Below are positions 18,247-26,036 of a DNA stretch of 61,763 nucleotides, piece after piece. Below the pieces are notes generated by a model. That model had not been told where the DNA came from. It saw only the letters and a program-made list of their open reading frames with translations, and did not search any database. The DNA is from a bacterium (GTDB taxonomy: Bacteria > Patescibacteriota > Minisyncoccia > Phycocordibacterales > CALRBL01), in assembly GCA_027487075.1 (NCBI GenBank), contig JAIYEG010000011.1, forward strand, positions 1 through 61,763. The letters are read 5' to 3'. Positions within the stretch are counted from its first letter, which is position 1. Each line of letters opens with the position of its first letter. The position numbers were made by a program, and so were the translations under genes.

Positions 18247-19560
18247 TTAGAATTCACCGTAACCTGGACTACGTCGACAAACTGGATCAGGATTAAAGCG
18301 AACTGTCTGTGGCACAGGACTACTATCACGACAAGTGAGCGTATGTGTACCTACTGTTAGATTTGTACTATTGGTTCCTGTGTATGGAATATCTGCTCCA
18401 CCATTTATCTGACAGTTTACTTGTCCTACTCCTAGTGAAGTGAGTCGCCAATTCGAAAGTCTGCATGTTTCTGAAGGAGAATTTACAAATCTTGGAATAA
18501 GATCATATCCTCCTGCAGCAAGTGGGGTACTAGATGCTACACACACTTCACCTTGGATAATCTGACCTGCAGGACATGGGTAACTACATGTTGTGTCTTC
18601 AGCTGGAACCGGATTGGAACCACTACCTCGACAGGTCCATCGCAAGGTCGTTCCGGTGTTTGCCGGTGAATTTGTTATGACCGTGTTACCCATACCACAT
18701 CCATTTTGTTGAGTGTTCACACACTGTGCTGGGTATACAGGAGTTGGGATAGTACATGTACCATCCACATTTCGCACATAAGGATCTTGCACTGTATTTT
18801 GGATGCCATCCAGATTACTACACATATCCGGATTAGTATCAAACAATTGCCACTGCATCCACCCCATAAGACTTGATCCCCATGACCATCCTGGATTCGA
18901 CGAACGGGCCATTACTCTATACGTAATAGGACTTGCAGTCGTACTTGCTTTTCCAAGGCTTATCCATCCACTCCAGTCACCTGTTTTTTTTGAAAGACCA
19001 GTTCTTTGTGATACCACACGAGCCCAACCTTCGATATAATCATCGTCTAAGGTTGGCGTATTATTGTTGTTAATACGTGCGGCAACCGGAGTCAGTCCCG
19101 CTCCAGTAGGATAACCTGCTCCCGCGGCAGCAGTTCCAAATCCGATCCATCCATAATTATCTGACCATGCATAGCCAGTTAAATTTCTATATCGATCACC
19201 TGGCTGACCCGAAGCAGAAACACCATAATCATATGCTATTCCAGATTTTGGACAATTTTGATACAACCGTACACTTTCCGGAATAGCTTCATACTGCCCA
19301 TCTCCGTCAGGGTCACAATTTAAGCTATTAAGACTAATCCATCCTGAACCGCCATTTTGGGAACCCAATGCAGTTTCTGCAGGATCTTCTATTCCGTTAC
19401 CATTTTGATCAACATATGCTTCAGCCCATACCCACCCTTTCACATTATGACTCGATCCCGCCTCAGCATCAGGTGTTTTTCTTAAAAAAAACATCGCGCC
19501 TAACGAAAGTACTGAGGTAATAGTAAACAATGCGATGACAATAATAATTTTCTTTTTCAT
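18247..19560 (-). CDS. Secreted Trp/Gly-repeat, Cys-rich surface protein ending in PGYGEF (cassette copy 1, large subunit)
   Basis: 437 aa, paralog of 13405-14703. It has the same GW repeats (GWVWAEAY, GWISLNSLNCDPDGDG, GYAWSDNYGWIGFG, GWARVVSQ, WSGWISL, GWSWGSSLMGWMQW), the same 12 Cys positions and the same C-terminus SPGYGEF. Confidence 0.8.
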   Translation of the reverse strand: MKKKIIIVIALFTITSVLSLGAMFFLRKTPDAEAGSSHNVKGWVWAEAYVDQNGNGIEDPAETALGSQNGGSGWISLNSLNCDPDGDGQYEAIPESVRLYQNCPKSGIAYDYGVSASGQPGDRYRNLTGYAWSDNYGWIGFGTAAAGAGYPTGAGLTPVAARINNNNTPTLDDDYIEGWARVVSQRTGLSKKTGDWSGWISLGKASTTASPITYRVMARSSNPGWSWGSSLMGWMQWQLFDTNPDMCSNLDGIQNTVQDPYVRNVDGTCTIPTPVYPAQCVNTQQNGCGMGNTVITNSPANTGTTLRWTCRGSGSNPVPAEDTTCSYPCPAGQIIQGEVCVASSTPLAAGGYDLIPRFVNSPSETCRLSNWRLTSLGVGQVNCQINGGADIPYTGTNSTNLTVGTHTLTCRDSSPVPQTVRFNPDPVCRRSPGYGEF

Positions 19561-19577
19561 AAGAATCTTTACCCTAA

Positions 19578-19631
19578 ATTATAGCAATATATCGATAATA
19601 AACTATCACCATCGCAGTAACATGTGGATAA
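19578..19631 (-). promoter_or_regulatory. Promoter region of 18247-19560: extended -10 (TGcTATAAT) with TTATCCACA exactly 39 nt upstream
   Basis: On the plus strand: ATTATA 19578-19583 followed by GCA, and TGTGGATAA at 19623-19631. Confidence 0.55.
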
Positions 19632-19683
19632 CTATGTATGGATGTTTGACATACGTCAGCACCCTCCTCATACTCACATCAGT

Positions 19684-19716
19684 CAAAGCGGCACTCTTGC
19701 GAGTGCCGCTTTTGTC
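19684..19716. terminator. Intrinsic terminator after chain c of copy 1
   Basis: Stem AGCGGCACTC / GAGTGCCGCT with a 4-nt loop and T-rich flanks. It resembles the hairpin at 15636 in the equivalent position of copy 2. Confidence 0.65.
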
Positions 19717-19717
19717 T

Positions 19718-20482
19718 TTAGGAGACTTTTCTGCAGTAAAGTAACTGAACATAAGGTGCGTTGGTTCCAGGCACCAGAGAGGTGTTTGATGACGATATAT
19801 CCCCTCCCAGAATTGCCGGGTATCCTGGAGTTACGTAGGTTACCGTTGTACCATCATTACCTTGTTCAGAATTACCATCAGTTCTGGTGAAAGATACATT
19901 ATTCGGGTTATCACTACCAAGAACAAGATGTGTATGTGCACCTGTAGGACGATTAGCCAAATTCGACAATCTTGTTCCCACAACGGTTCCTATAGATCCA
20001 CGTGGTGATGCTCCCACAATATACAAGCCAGGGCCTGCATTGTTATCAAGTGGTTGCCATCCCAAATTGGCTGGGCACGATGTGCTTCTAAAAGCCGCGA
20101 TCGCACCAACGGGCACAGTACTCGTACCTTTAGGACCTACAGGCCCTGGTGTTCCACTTGCATTGATGGGCCTACAATTTCTTCCTAAATCATCACAGTA
20201 CTGAGATGCCCCTATACTTCCTCCTCTTACGGTAAGCACGAGATTTGAAGGAGGGTTAAATACACCTGAAGAGAAGGTTGATTGCCCCATTGCATAGAGT
20301 CCACGGGTAAACAAAATACCATCTTTTGTTTGACTACCTGATCCCACATTGATTGGTCGTACAGAGTTATTACCAGGAGCAATCTCATCGTTTCCTGACC
20401 ACGCATCAGCAACAGCCGAGACACTAAAAAGTAGTGCGATGATGAGCATAATTTTTAGTGTATTAACATTCTGTGTTGTCAT
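19718..20482 (-). CDS. Secreted collagen-like / tail-collar-like fibre protein (copy 1, chain c)
   Basis: 254 aa. Signal ADA|WSGN, YCDDLGRNC, GTPGPVGPKGTS, CPANLGW, TGAHTH, GTNAPYVQLLYCRKVS. It shares PSNL-L-V-GS-GA-YCDD with 15685-16410. Confidence 0.8.
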   Translation of the reverse strand: MTTQNVNTLKIMLIIALLFSVSAVADAWSGNDEIAPGNNSVRPINVGSGSQTKDGILFTRGLYAMGQSTFSSGVFNPPSNLVLTVRGGSIGASQYCDDLGRNCRPINASGTPGPVGPKGTSTVPVGAIAAFRSTSCPANLGWQPLDNNAGPGLYIVGASPRGSIGTVVGTRLSNLANRPTGAHTHLVLGSDNPNNVSFTRTDGNSEQGNDGTTVTYVTPGYPAILGGDISSSNTSLVPGTNAPYVQLLYCRKVS

Positions 20483-20491
20483 ATAAATAAA

Positions 20492-21274
20492 TTAGTTTTT
20501 AATACAATAAAGTAGCTGGATGTATGGAGCATTGGTTCCTGGAATATGATTTGATGAAGGTTGTGTAGCAAATGAAGCAGCTGCTCTGGTAATAGGTACA
20601 CTTCTTACAAGATATACATCATTTCTTGGGCTGCCTGACATACGAGAATTTCCCAACCCCCCATTTGGCACAGTTGGTCCTGTTATAGTCCGATTAATAT
20701 AATTTACTGTGTGTATATGATTTCCAGCTGGCCTGTTTTCACCATCTGAAAGAGCTCTCCCTACGGTTCTTTCTAAATTAGTTCTTGCTGTAGCGTTTGC
20801 AAGACCAACAACATATCTGCCTTGTGCTGCAGTATACAAACTCCATGTCGAAGGACACTGTGCCAAATCAAAAGCAACCACGGTACCTGCAGGCACAGGG
20901 TCACCAACCGGACCCTGAGGTCCAGCTGGACCAGAAGTAATCACATCACTAAACAATCGACAATTAAGACCATTATCATCGCAATATGACGCTGCGCCAA
21001 TAGAACCATTTGCTGCTAACGTAAGATTTCTTGGGGGCCACGAGGCTCTCGTCGAAGTTGAAAACCACGCCGTTCCTAACGAACCATACCCTCTTACCGT
21101 AAGCATCCCTGAAATTTCTTGAAGAACATTTGTCGTATTTACTGGAGACGGCATATTATTATTTGGAGGAATACCTGTAGGACCTGACCACGCAAGTGCA
21201 TGCGAAGAAGAAACTATCACTAGTGCAACCAATGACACACTAAAGATGGTACATATGTTTTTAAGTGTTTTCAT
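20492..21274 (-). CDS. Secreted collagen-like / tail-collar-like fibre protein (copy 1, chain b)
   Basis: 260 aa. Signal ALA|WSGP, WFSTSTRASWPP (shared with 16414-17160), YCDDNGLNC, GPAGPQGPVGDP, GRYVVG, AGNHIH, GTNAPYIQLLYCIKN. Confidence 0.8.
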   Translation of the reverse strand: MKTLKNICTIFSVSLVALVIVSSSHALAWSGPTGIPPNNNMPSPVNTTNVLQEISGMLTVRGYGSLGTAWFSTSTRASWPPRNLTLAANGSIGAASYCDDNGLNCRLFSDVITSGPAGPQGPVGDPVPAGTVVAFDLAQCPSTWSLYTAAQGRYVVGLANATARTNLERTVGRALSDGENRPAGNHIHTVNYINRTITGPTVPNGGLGNSRMSGSPRNDVYLVRSVPITRAAASFATQPSSNHIPGTNAPYIQLLYCIKN

Positions 21275-21280
21275 GTGAGA

Positions 21281-22141
21281 TTAATTTTTTCTGCAATAAA
21301 GAAACTGAATATATGGCGCATTGGTTCCAGGAACACCCTCATAAATAGCTGCCATGTTATTTGGTCTTAAATCAACATCTGCGCTTACAAACTCCAAATG
21401 ATCGAAATCATTTTTGCCATCTTGATAGAAAATAACCCTGTGGGTATATAAAATCCTATTATTTCCATCACGTAAAGGTTGACCATTAGTTCCTCGTCTT
21501 GGCTCGATCATTGCAGCTGTATCGATCATATTTCTTTGATACGAGAATACATGAGTTCCGTGTTCTCCTGTTGGTCTATTTTCTTCATTATCCAATCTTG
21601 TACCGCGCGTTGTTCTTACCGCAGAAGGTGAATTAGCTCCCACAATATATCGTCCTTCAGCTTCAGAAAAATATGACCACCCATCCGGACATGATGTGGC
21701 ACTAAAAGGCATTACCGCTCCACTTGGCATCACAGGTGCAGATGGCCCAGCCGGACCTCGTGGCCCCACCATCAACGCAGTAACTGAACGACAGTTCCCT
21801 CCATTCTCATCACAATACGCCCTTGCACCAATAGAACCATTCACCGCCAACATAAGATTAGAGCGGGGCCAAGCGCTACCATCAGGATTTCTTGTACGTG
21901 TCGATGTTGAAAACCACCCTGTCCCCAATGATCGAAAACCACCCATAACCCCTAAGATGCCGAGCTTTTCTTGTGGAATATTTGAAGTAGTTAGAGGAGC
22001 AACAACATTTCTTGAATTAGCGGTTGAAGGAGAGCCAGTGGTAGGTGCCGTCCATGCGTGCACCTGAGTTGCTATCACAAAGAAAGCCACTACGGCTACA
22101 ATTTTTGATACCACTGTCATGTGTTTAAAATAGGTTTTCAT
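21281..22141 (-). CDS. Secreted collagen-like / tail-collar-like fibre protein (copy 1, chain a)
   Basis: 286 aa. Signal VHA|WTAP, YCDENGGNC, GPRGPAGPS, CPDGW, GRYIVG, TGEHGTH, then a ~72-aa insert before GTNAPYIQFLYCRKN. Confidence 0.8.
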   Translation of the reverse strand: MKTYFKHMTVVSKIVAVVAFFVIATQVHAWTAPTTGSPSTANSRNVVAPLTTSNIPQEKLGILGVMGGFRSLGTGWFSTSTRTRNPDGSAWPRSNLMLAVNGSIGARAYCDENGGNCRSVTALMVGPRGPAGPSAPVMPSGAVMPFSATSCPDGWSYFSEAEGRYIVGANSPSAVRTTRGTRLDNEENRPTGEHGTHVFSYQRNMIDTAAMIEPRRGTNGQPLRDGNNRILYTHRVIFYQDGKNDFDHLEFVSADVDLRPNNMAAIYEGVPGTNAPYIQFLYCRKN

Positions 22142-22143
22142 AA

Positions 22144-22401
22144 TTAATAGGATGTAACTCGTAGCTTCATAACTTCGTAAGCATCTGTATCGTTTATCAC
22201 ACCACTAACAACACGGGACGACATTTCATCAACCTGTTTTTCCCACTCCTCTTCTGAGAGAGTAGTTTCATTTTGGAGAGGAGTAGCATGGTTTATCGAC
22301 TGATTAATTTCTTTCAAGAGCAAGGTACCTACTACAAGAGCAGTAAAAATAACCGTATATAAAATAAAATGCGAGTACGTATACTGAATGCGCGTATCCA
22401 T
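22144..22401 (-). CDS. Small single-pass membrane protein, first gene of cassette copy 1
   Basis: 85 aa, MDTRIQYTYSHFILYTVIFTALVVGTLLL..., with an acidic C-terminal tail. Paralog of 17938-18183. Confidence 0.7.
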   Translation of the reverse strand: MDTRIQYTYSHFILYTVIFTALVVGTLLLKEINQSINHATPLQNETTLSEEEWEKQVDEMSSRVVSGVINDTDAYEVMKLRVTSY

Positions 22402-22410
22402 GCTTTAATC

Positions 22411-22454
22411 ATTATACGTTCTTGCACGACACCGTGACAAGATACTTATCCACA
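22411..22454 (-). promoter_or_regulatory. Promoter of cassette copy 1: TGTGGATAA-N5-TTGTCA-N18-TATAAT-N9-ATG (read on minus)
   Basis: On the plus strand: ATTATA 22411-22416, TGACAA 22435-22440, TTATCCACA 22446-22454. Confidence 0.65.
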
Positions 22455-22456
22455 AA

Positions 22457-23155
22457 TTACTTCTCTTTTTTCTTTCCTCGCTGTTCCCTCCACTGATCTA
22501 TGAGCTTGTGATTACCTGAAAGCAGCACCTTCGGCACTTTATAGTTTTTTCCTTTGTAGCTGAGCACTTCGGGACGAGTATAGACTTCAGATGATGCAGT
22601 GCGTGATTCTTCGAGTGATTCAAATGAGCCGAGTACTCCCTTGATTTGACGAGCAATTGTATCGATCACCACCATTGCAGGGAGTTCTCCACCTGTGAGG
22701 ACGTAATCACCAATAGAAAGCTCTTCTGCTTTGAGAATTTTGACCACACGCGCATCCACTCCTTCATAGCGTCCGCAAATAAGAATGATATCGGTGTATT
22801 TCTTTGCAGTTTTCTTTGCGTACGCTGTTTCAAGTTGAGTACCGCTTGGAGAAAAGAAAATGATCTTTGGCTTCTTTGCATCTTTTATCTTCGCAATAGC
22901 CTCACGCGCCGCATCTACCGCTTTGAGCACCGGCTCAGCCTGCATCACCATACCAGGCCCGCCCCCATACGCTTTATCATCAATGCGCAAATACGGCTTT
23001 TCATTCTGCTTCTGTCCTTCGGTGGGCTCTACATAGTCACGAGGGTTATAAAACGCATATTCGATGAGCCCTGCTTTTTGTGCACGCAAAAGAATCGACT
23101 CATTGATATATGAATCAAACATATGCGGAAAAAGAGTGATGATGTGAAAACGCAT
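22457..23155 (-). CDS. trmD: tRNA (guanine37-N1)-methyltransferase
   Basis: 232 aa, MRFHIITLFPHMF..., ICGRYEGVDARV, GDYVLTGGELPAMVVIDT. Confidence 0.93.
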   Translation of the reverse strand: MRFHIITLFPHMFDSYINESILLRAQKAGLIEYAFYNPRDYVEPTEGQKQNEKPYLRIDDKAYGGGPGMVMQAEPVLKAVDAAREAIAKIKDAKKPKIIFFSPSGTQLETAYAKKTAKKYTDIILICGRYEGVDARVVKILKAEELSIGDYVLTGGELPAMVVIDTIARQIKGVLGSFESLEESRTASSEVYTRPEVLSYKGKNYKVPKVLLSGNHKLIDQWREQRGKKKEK

Positions 23156-23179
23156 CGTTATATATTATGAAGAGGCGAA

Positions 23180-23494
23180 TTAGAGGCGAAGATCGTCGAG
23201 TGCCTCATCTACACTCTTAAGCGCAGCTGCTTGACTCATACCACCTTCTGGTTCGTTGATCTTGAGGTTCACGCGAGCATTATTCTTCATACCCACCACA
23301 CGAAGGAGTGTACGAATTGCCTTTGCGGTATTTCCCTGTCGTCCAATGATCTTGCCCATATCTTCGGGTCCGACAATGAGTGTGAGAAGTACCCCCATCT
23401 CATCGACGGTGCGAGTAATTTTGACGTCTTCGGGCTTGTCTACGAGAGCTTTAACAACGTAATCCAAAAACTGTGCATCTTGATCGGTATTCAT
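23180..23494 (-). CDS. khpA: KH-domain RNA-binding protein (KhpA/YlqC-like) with a C-terminal extension
   Basis: 104 aa with GXXG motif GKIIGRQGNTAKAIRTLL, sitting between rpsP and trmD as in many bacteria. Confidence 0.8.
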   Translation of the reverse strand: MNTDQDAQFLDYVVKALVDKPEDVKITRTVDEMGVLLTLIVGPEDMGKIIGRQGNTAKAIRTLLRVVGMKNNARVNLKINEPEGGMSQAAALKSVDEALDDLRL

Positions 23495-23581
23495 ATGTAA
23501 ACGTATCGGTCGTTATTAAGTTTGTAATAACAAAATTATACCACAAGGTAAGGACATCCTTGAAGAGAGGGTGTGGAGAAG

Positions 23582-23938
23582 TTAGGCAGCAGGAGCTTCT
23601 GCGGGAGCTGGTACTTCAGGAGCAGCTTCAACTACAGGTTCTTCTTTCTTAGGAGCAGTCTTCTTTGGGAGAACGTTTACTTTCTTCCCATCGATGATTT
23701 TCTTCGAAATAAGGAGGTTGTTGACGGTTCCCGAAAGACCAGCACCGACTGACATCCAGTGCTTAATACGGTCTGCATTGATAACCGTCACCTCATCACG
23801 ACGAGGGTCGTATGAGCCAAGCACTTCCAAAATCTTACCGCTTTTAGCGCTGTTTTTTGAGTCGGTAGCCACGATACGGAAGGTGTTTTCGTGCTTTCGG
23901 CCTGTTCTTTGAAGTCTTATTTTGAGCATGACAGCCAC
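23582..23938 (-). CDS. rpsP: 30S ribosomal protein S16 with an Ala/Pro/Glu-rich C-terminal tail
   Basis: MAVMLKIRLQRTGRKHENTFRIVA... matches the S16 N-terminus. An alternative start at the second Met (23929) is possible. Confidence 0.9.
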   Translation of the reverse strand: MAVMLKIRLQRTGRKHENTFRIVATDSKNSAKSGKILEVLGSYDPRRDEVTVINADRIKHWMSVGAGLSGTVNNLLISKKIIDGKKVNVLPKKTAPKKEEPVVEAAPEVPAPAEAPAA

Positions 23939-24003
23939 ATTACCATGTCAATAGATATCTTGCAAGAATAAAGGGGTGACTTGCGAAATAGGGTGAAAAG
24001 GGG

Positions 24004-24060
24004 CTTGCGAGGCTCGACGGAGCGAGCACAAGGAATTTTCTAGCAAGAAAATATCCGTGC
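24004..24060 (-). repeat. 57-nt repeated core element, copy A (sense with rpsP, in its upstream region)
   Basis: The reverse complement, GCACGGATATTTTCTTGCTAGAAAATTCCTTGTGCTCGCTCCGTCGAGCCTCGCAAG, matches 39102-39158 with 2 substitutions. Confidence 0.8.
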
Positions 24061-24110
24061 CCTTGGAGACATATTTTATAAAAAGCTGTTTGTTTGCTAC
24101 CATCTACATC

Positions 24111-26036
24111 ATGAATCAAACACCTATTATTACCGGCAAAATGACCATTACCTCTAAAGGTATTGGCTATGTGAAGAACCCTGACCTTGAGCAGGATATT
24201 GAGGTCCAAAATCAGTTTTTGAACACCGCCCTTCATGGCGACGAAGTCGAGGTAACTCTCCACGCCAAGGTAGAAGGCATGCGCCAGAGTGGCGAGGTAA
24301 CCAAAATCATCTCACGTGCAAAGCTTGGCTTTGTGGGTGTTATCGACAAAGAAGCAGGTCGCACCTTCCTCATCCCCGACGATAAGAAGATGTATATCGA
24401 TATTATGGTCAATGAACAAAAAACCATGGGTGCCGAAAACGGCCAGAAGGCATTTGTCGTCATCACCAAATGGGACGATCCGAAGAAAAGCCCTGAAGGA
24501 GAGGTTCGCCAAATCCTTGGAAACAAAGGCGACAACAACGTCGAAATGATGTCGATCGTGCTCGAAAAAGGCTTCGACACCGACTTCCCTGACGAAGTGG
24601 TAGCAGAGGCTGATGATATCGAACGCAATGAACGCATCATTCCCGCAAACGAAGTAGCAAAGCGACGTGATATGCGCGACACCTTCACCTGCACCATTGA
24701 CCCCTTCGACGCTAAAGACTTCGACGATGCCCTCTCACTCAAAACGCTTCCAAGTGGTAACTACGAAGCTGGTGTACACATTGCCGACGTATCTCACTAC
24801 GTGCGCGAAGGTTCTGCCCTCGACAAAGAAGCACTGAAGCGCGGCTGCTCTATCTACCTTGTTGACCGCACCATCCCCATGCTTCCACATGTGCTTTCAA
24901 ACGATGTATGTTCACTTAATCCGAACGAAGACAAACTCACCTTCTCTGCCGTCTTTGAAATGACCCCACAAGGAGAGATTGTAAGTCGCTGGTTTGGTCG
25001 CACCGTTATCAATTCAGACAAACGCTTCACCTACGAAGAAGCACAAGGCATCATCAACGCGGGATCTGGCGAATACGCCGACACACTCCTCACCTTTAAG
25101 TCCCTCGCTGAAATACTTCGCAAGGAAAAATTCGCAAACGGCGCCATCGACTTCGAAACCACTGAAGTGAAGTTTCGTCTTGATGAGAACGGCAAACCAC
25201 TCGAGGTATACAAAAAAGAACGACTCGACACCCACAAACTTGTGGAAGACTTCATGCTTCTCGCCAACCGCGAAGTAGCGAAGTTCATCATCGACGAACA
25301 CGAAAAGCGAAAGGAAGATCCACTTGGTATCTATCGAAACCACGCCCTTCCTGAACGTGAGCGCCTTACCGACCTTTCTATTTTCCTTAAAGCACTTGGT
25401 TACACTCTCGATATCGAAAAGAAAGATGTCACCCCAAAAGATATTCAGACCATCATCAACCAAGCAACGGGAGATGTAAACGAACAACTCATCAAGACAG
25501 CAACCATCCGCTCAATGGCAAAAGCGGTGTATGCAACGCACAACATCGGTCACTTCGGTCTCGCATTCAAATACTACACACACTTCACCTCACCAATTCG
25601 TCGCTACCCTGACCTCTTAGTGCATCGCATCTTGCAAGACACGCTCGATAATAAGCGCACCGATGATAAAAAAGCTGCGTACTACATGATGGCTGCCCGC
25701 CAATCAAGTGATCGTGAAGTATCTGCATCTGAAGCAGAACGTGCATCTATCAAGTACAAGCAAGTGGAATACATGATGAGTCACATCGGCGAGACGTTCG
25801 ATGGTGTGATCACCGGCGTATCAGAATGGGGTATCTATGTCGAAGAAGCTGAAACAAAATGTGAAGGCATGGTAAAGCTCCGCGACCTGAACGACGATTA
25901 CTACACCCTCAACCCAAAGACGTATACCGTGACAGGTGGTTCAACCGGCAAGAAATACACCCTCGGAGACAAAGTACGTATCAAGGTGCTTGGCGCTGAC
26001 TTGGAGAAGAAGATTATTGATTATCGGTTTGTTTGA
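24111..26036 (+). CDS. rnr: Ribonuclease R / RNase II-family exoribonuclease
   Basis: Start chosen at MNQTPIITGKM (the track ORF starts at 24057 inside the repeat). RNB-domain motifs are present (DPFDAKDFDDALS, SIYLVDRTIPMLP, HFGLAFKYYTHFTSPIRRYPDL), plus a C-terminal S1 domain. Confidence 0.9.
   Translation: MNQTPIITGKMTITSKGIGYVKNPDLEQDIEVQNQFLNTALHGDEVEVTLHAKVEGMRQSGEVTKIISRAKLGFVGVIDKEAGRTFLIPDDKKMYIDIMVNEQKTMGAENGQKAFVVITKWDDPKKSPEGEVRQILGNKGDNNVEMMSIVLEKGFDTDFPDEVVAEADDIERNERIIPANEVAKRRDMRDTFTCTIDPFDAKDFDDALSLKTLPSGNYEAGVHIADVSHYVREGSALDKEALKRGCSIYLVDRTIPMLPHVLSNDVCSLNPNEDKLTFSAVFEMTPQGEIVSRWFGRTVINSDKRFTYEEAQGIINAGSGEYADTLLTFKSLAEILRKEKFANGAIDFETTEVKFRLDENGKPLEVYKKERLDTHKLVEDFMLLANREVAKFIIDEHEKRKEDPLGIYRNHALPERERLTDLSIFLKALGYTLDIEKKDVTPKDIQTIINQATGDVNEQLIKTATIRSMAKAVYATHNIGHFGLAFKYYTHFTSPIRRYPDLLVHRILQDTLDNKRTDDKKAAYYMMAARQSSDREVSASEAERASIKYKQVEYMMSHIGETFDGVITGVSEWGIYVEEAETKCEGMVKLRDLNDDYYTLNPKTYTVTGGSTGKKYTLGDKVRIKVLGADLEKKIIDYRFV

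Noticed and set aside
15685-22141. The hypervariable head inserts read as the product of a diversity-generating retroelement.
   Set aside because: The window has no reverse transcriptase and no template/variable repeat pair with adenine-specific differences. The variation looks like ordinary paralog divergence with indels.
13405-22401. The tail-collar-like genes read as a prophage or tailocin remnant.
   Set aside because: There are no capsid, terminase, portal, baseplate, sheath, integrase or lysis genes in or near the locus. All products carry Sec signals and appear to be cellular surface proteins.
14761-22454. The clustered TTATCCACA boxes read as a chromosomal replication origin (oriC).
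   Set aside because: The boxes are spread over about 8 kb, one per promoter, at fixed distances from the -35/-10 elements. No AT-rich unwinding element and no dnaA/dnaN neighbourhood is present. A transcriptional operator fits better.
13405-22456. The repetitive appearance of the region checked as a possible CRISPR array or short tandem repeat.
   Set aside because: The repetition is at the level of whole diverged genes (about 0.75-1.3 kb units), not 25-40-nt direct repeats with spacers. I noticed no CRISPR-like periodicity anywhere in the window.
23940-24263. A 107-aa minus-strand ORF between rpsP and rnr.
   Set aside because: It spans the repeated 57-nt core and runs antisense into the rnr N-terminus. 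It has no start context and an implausible composition.
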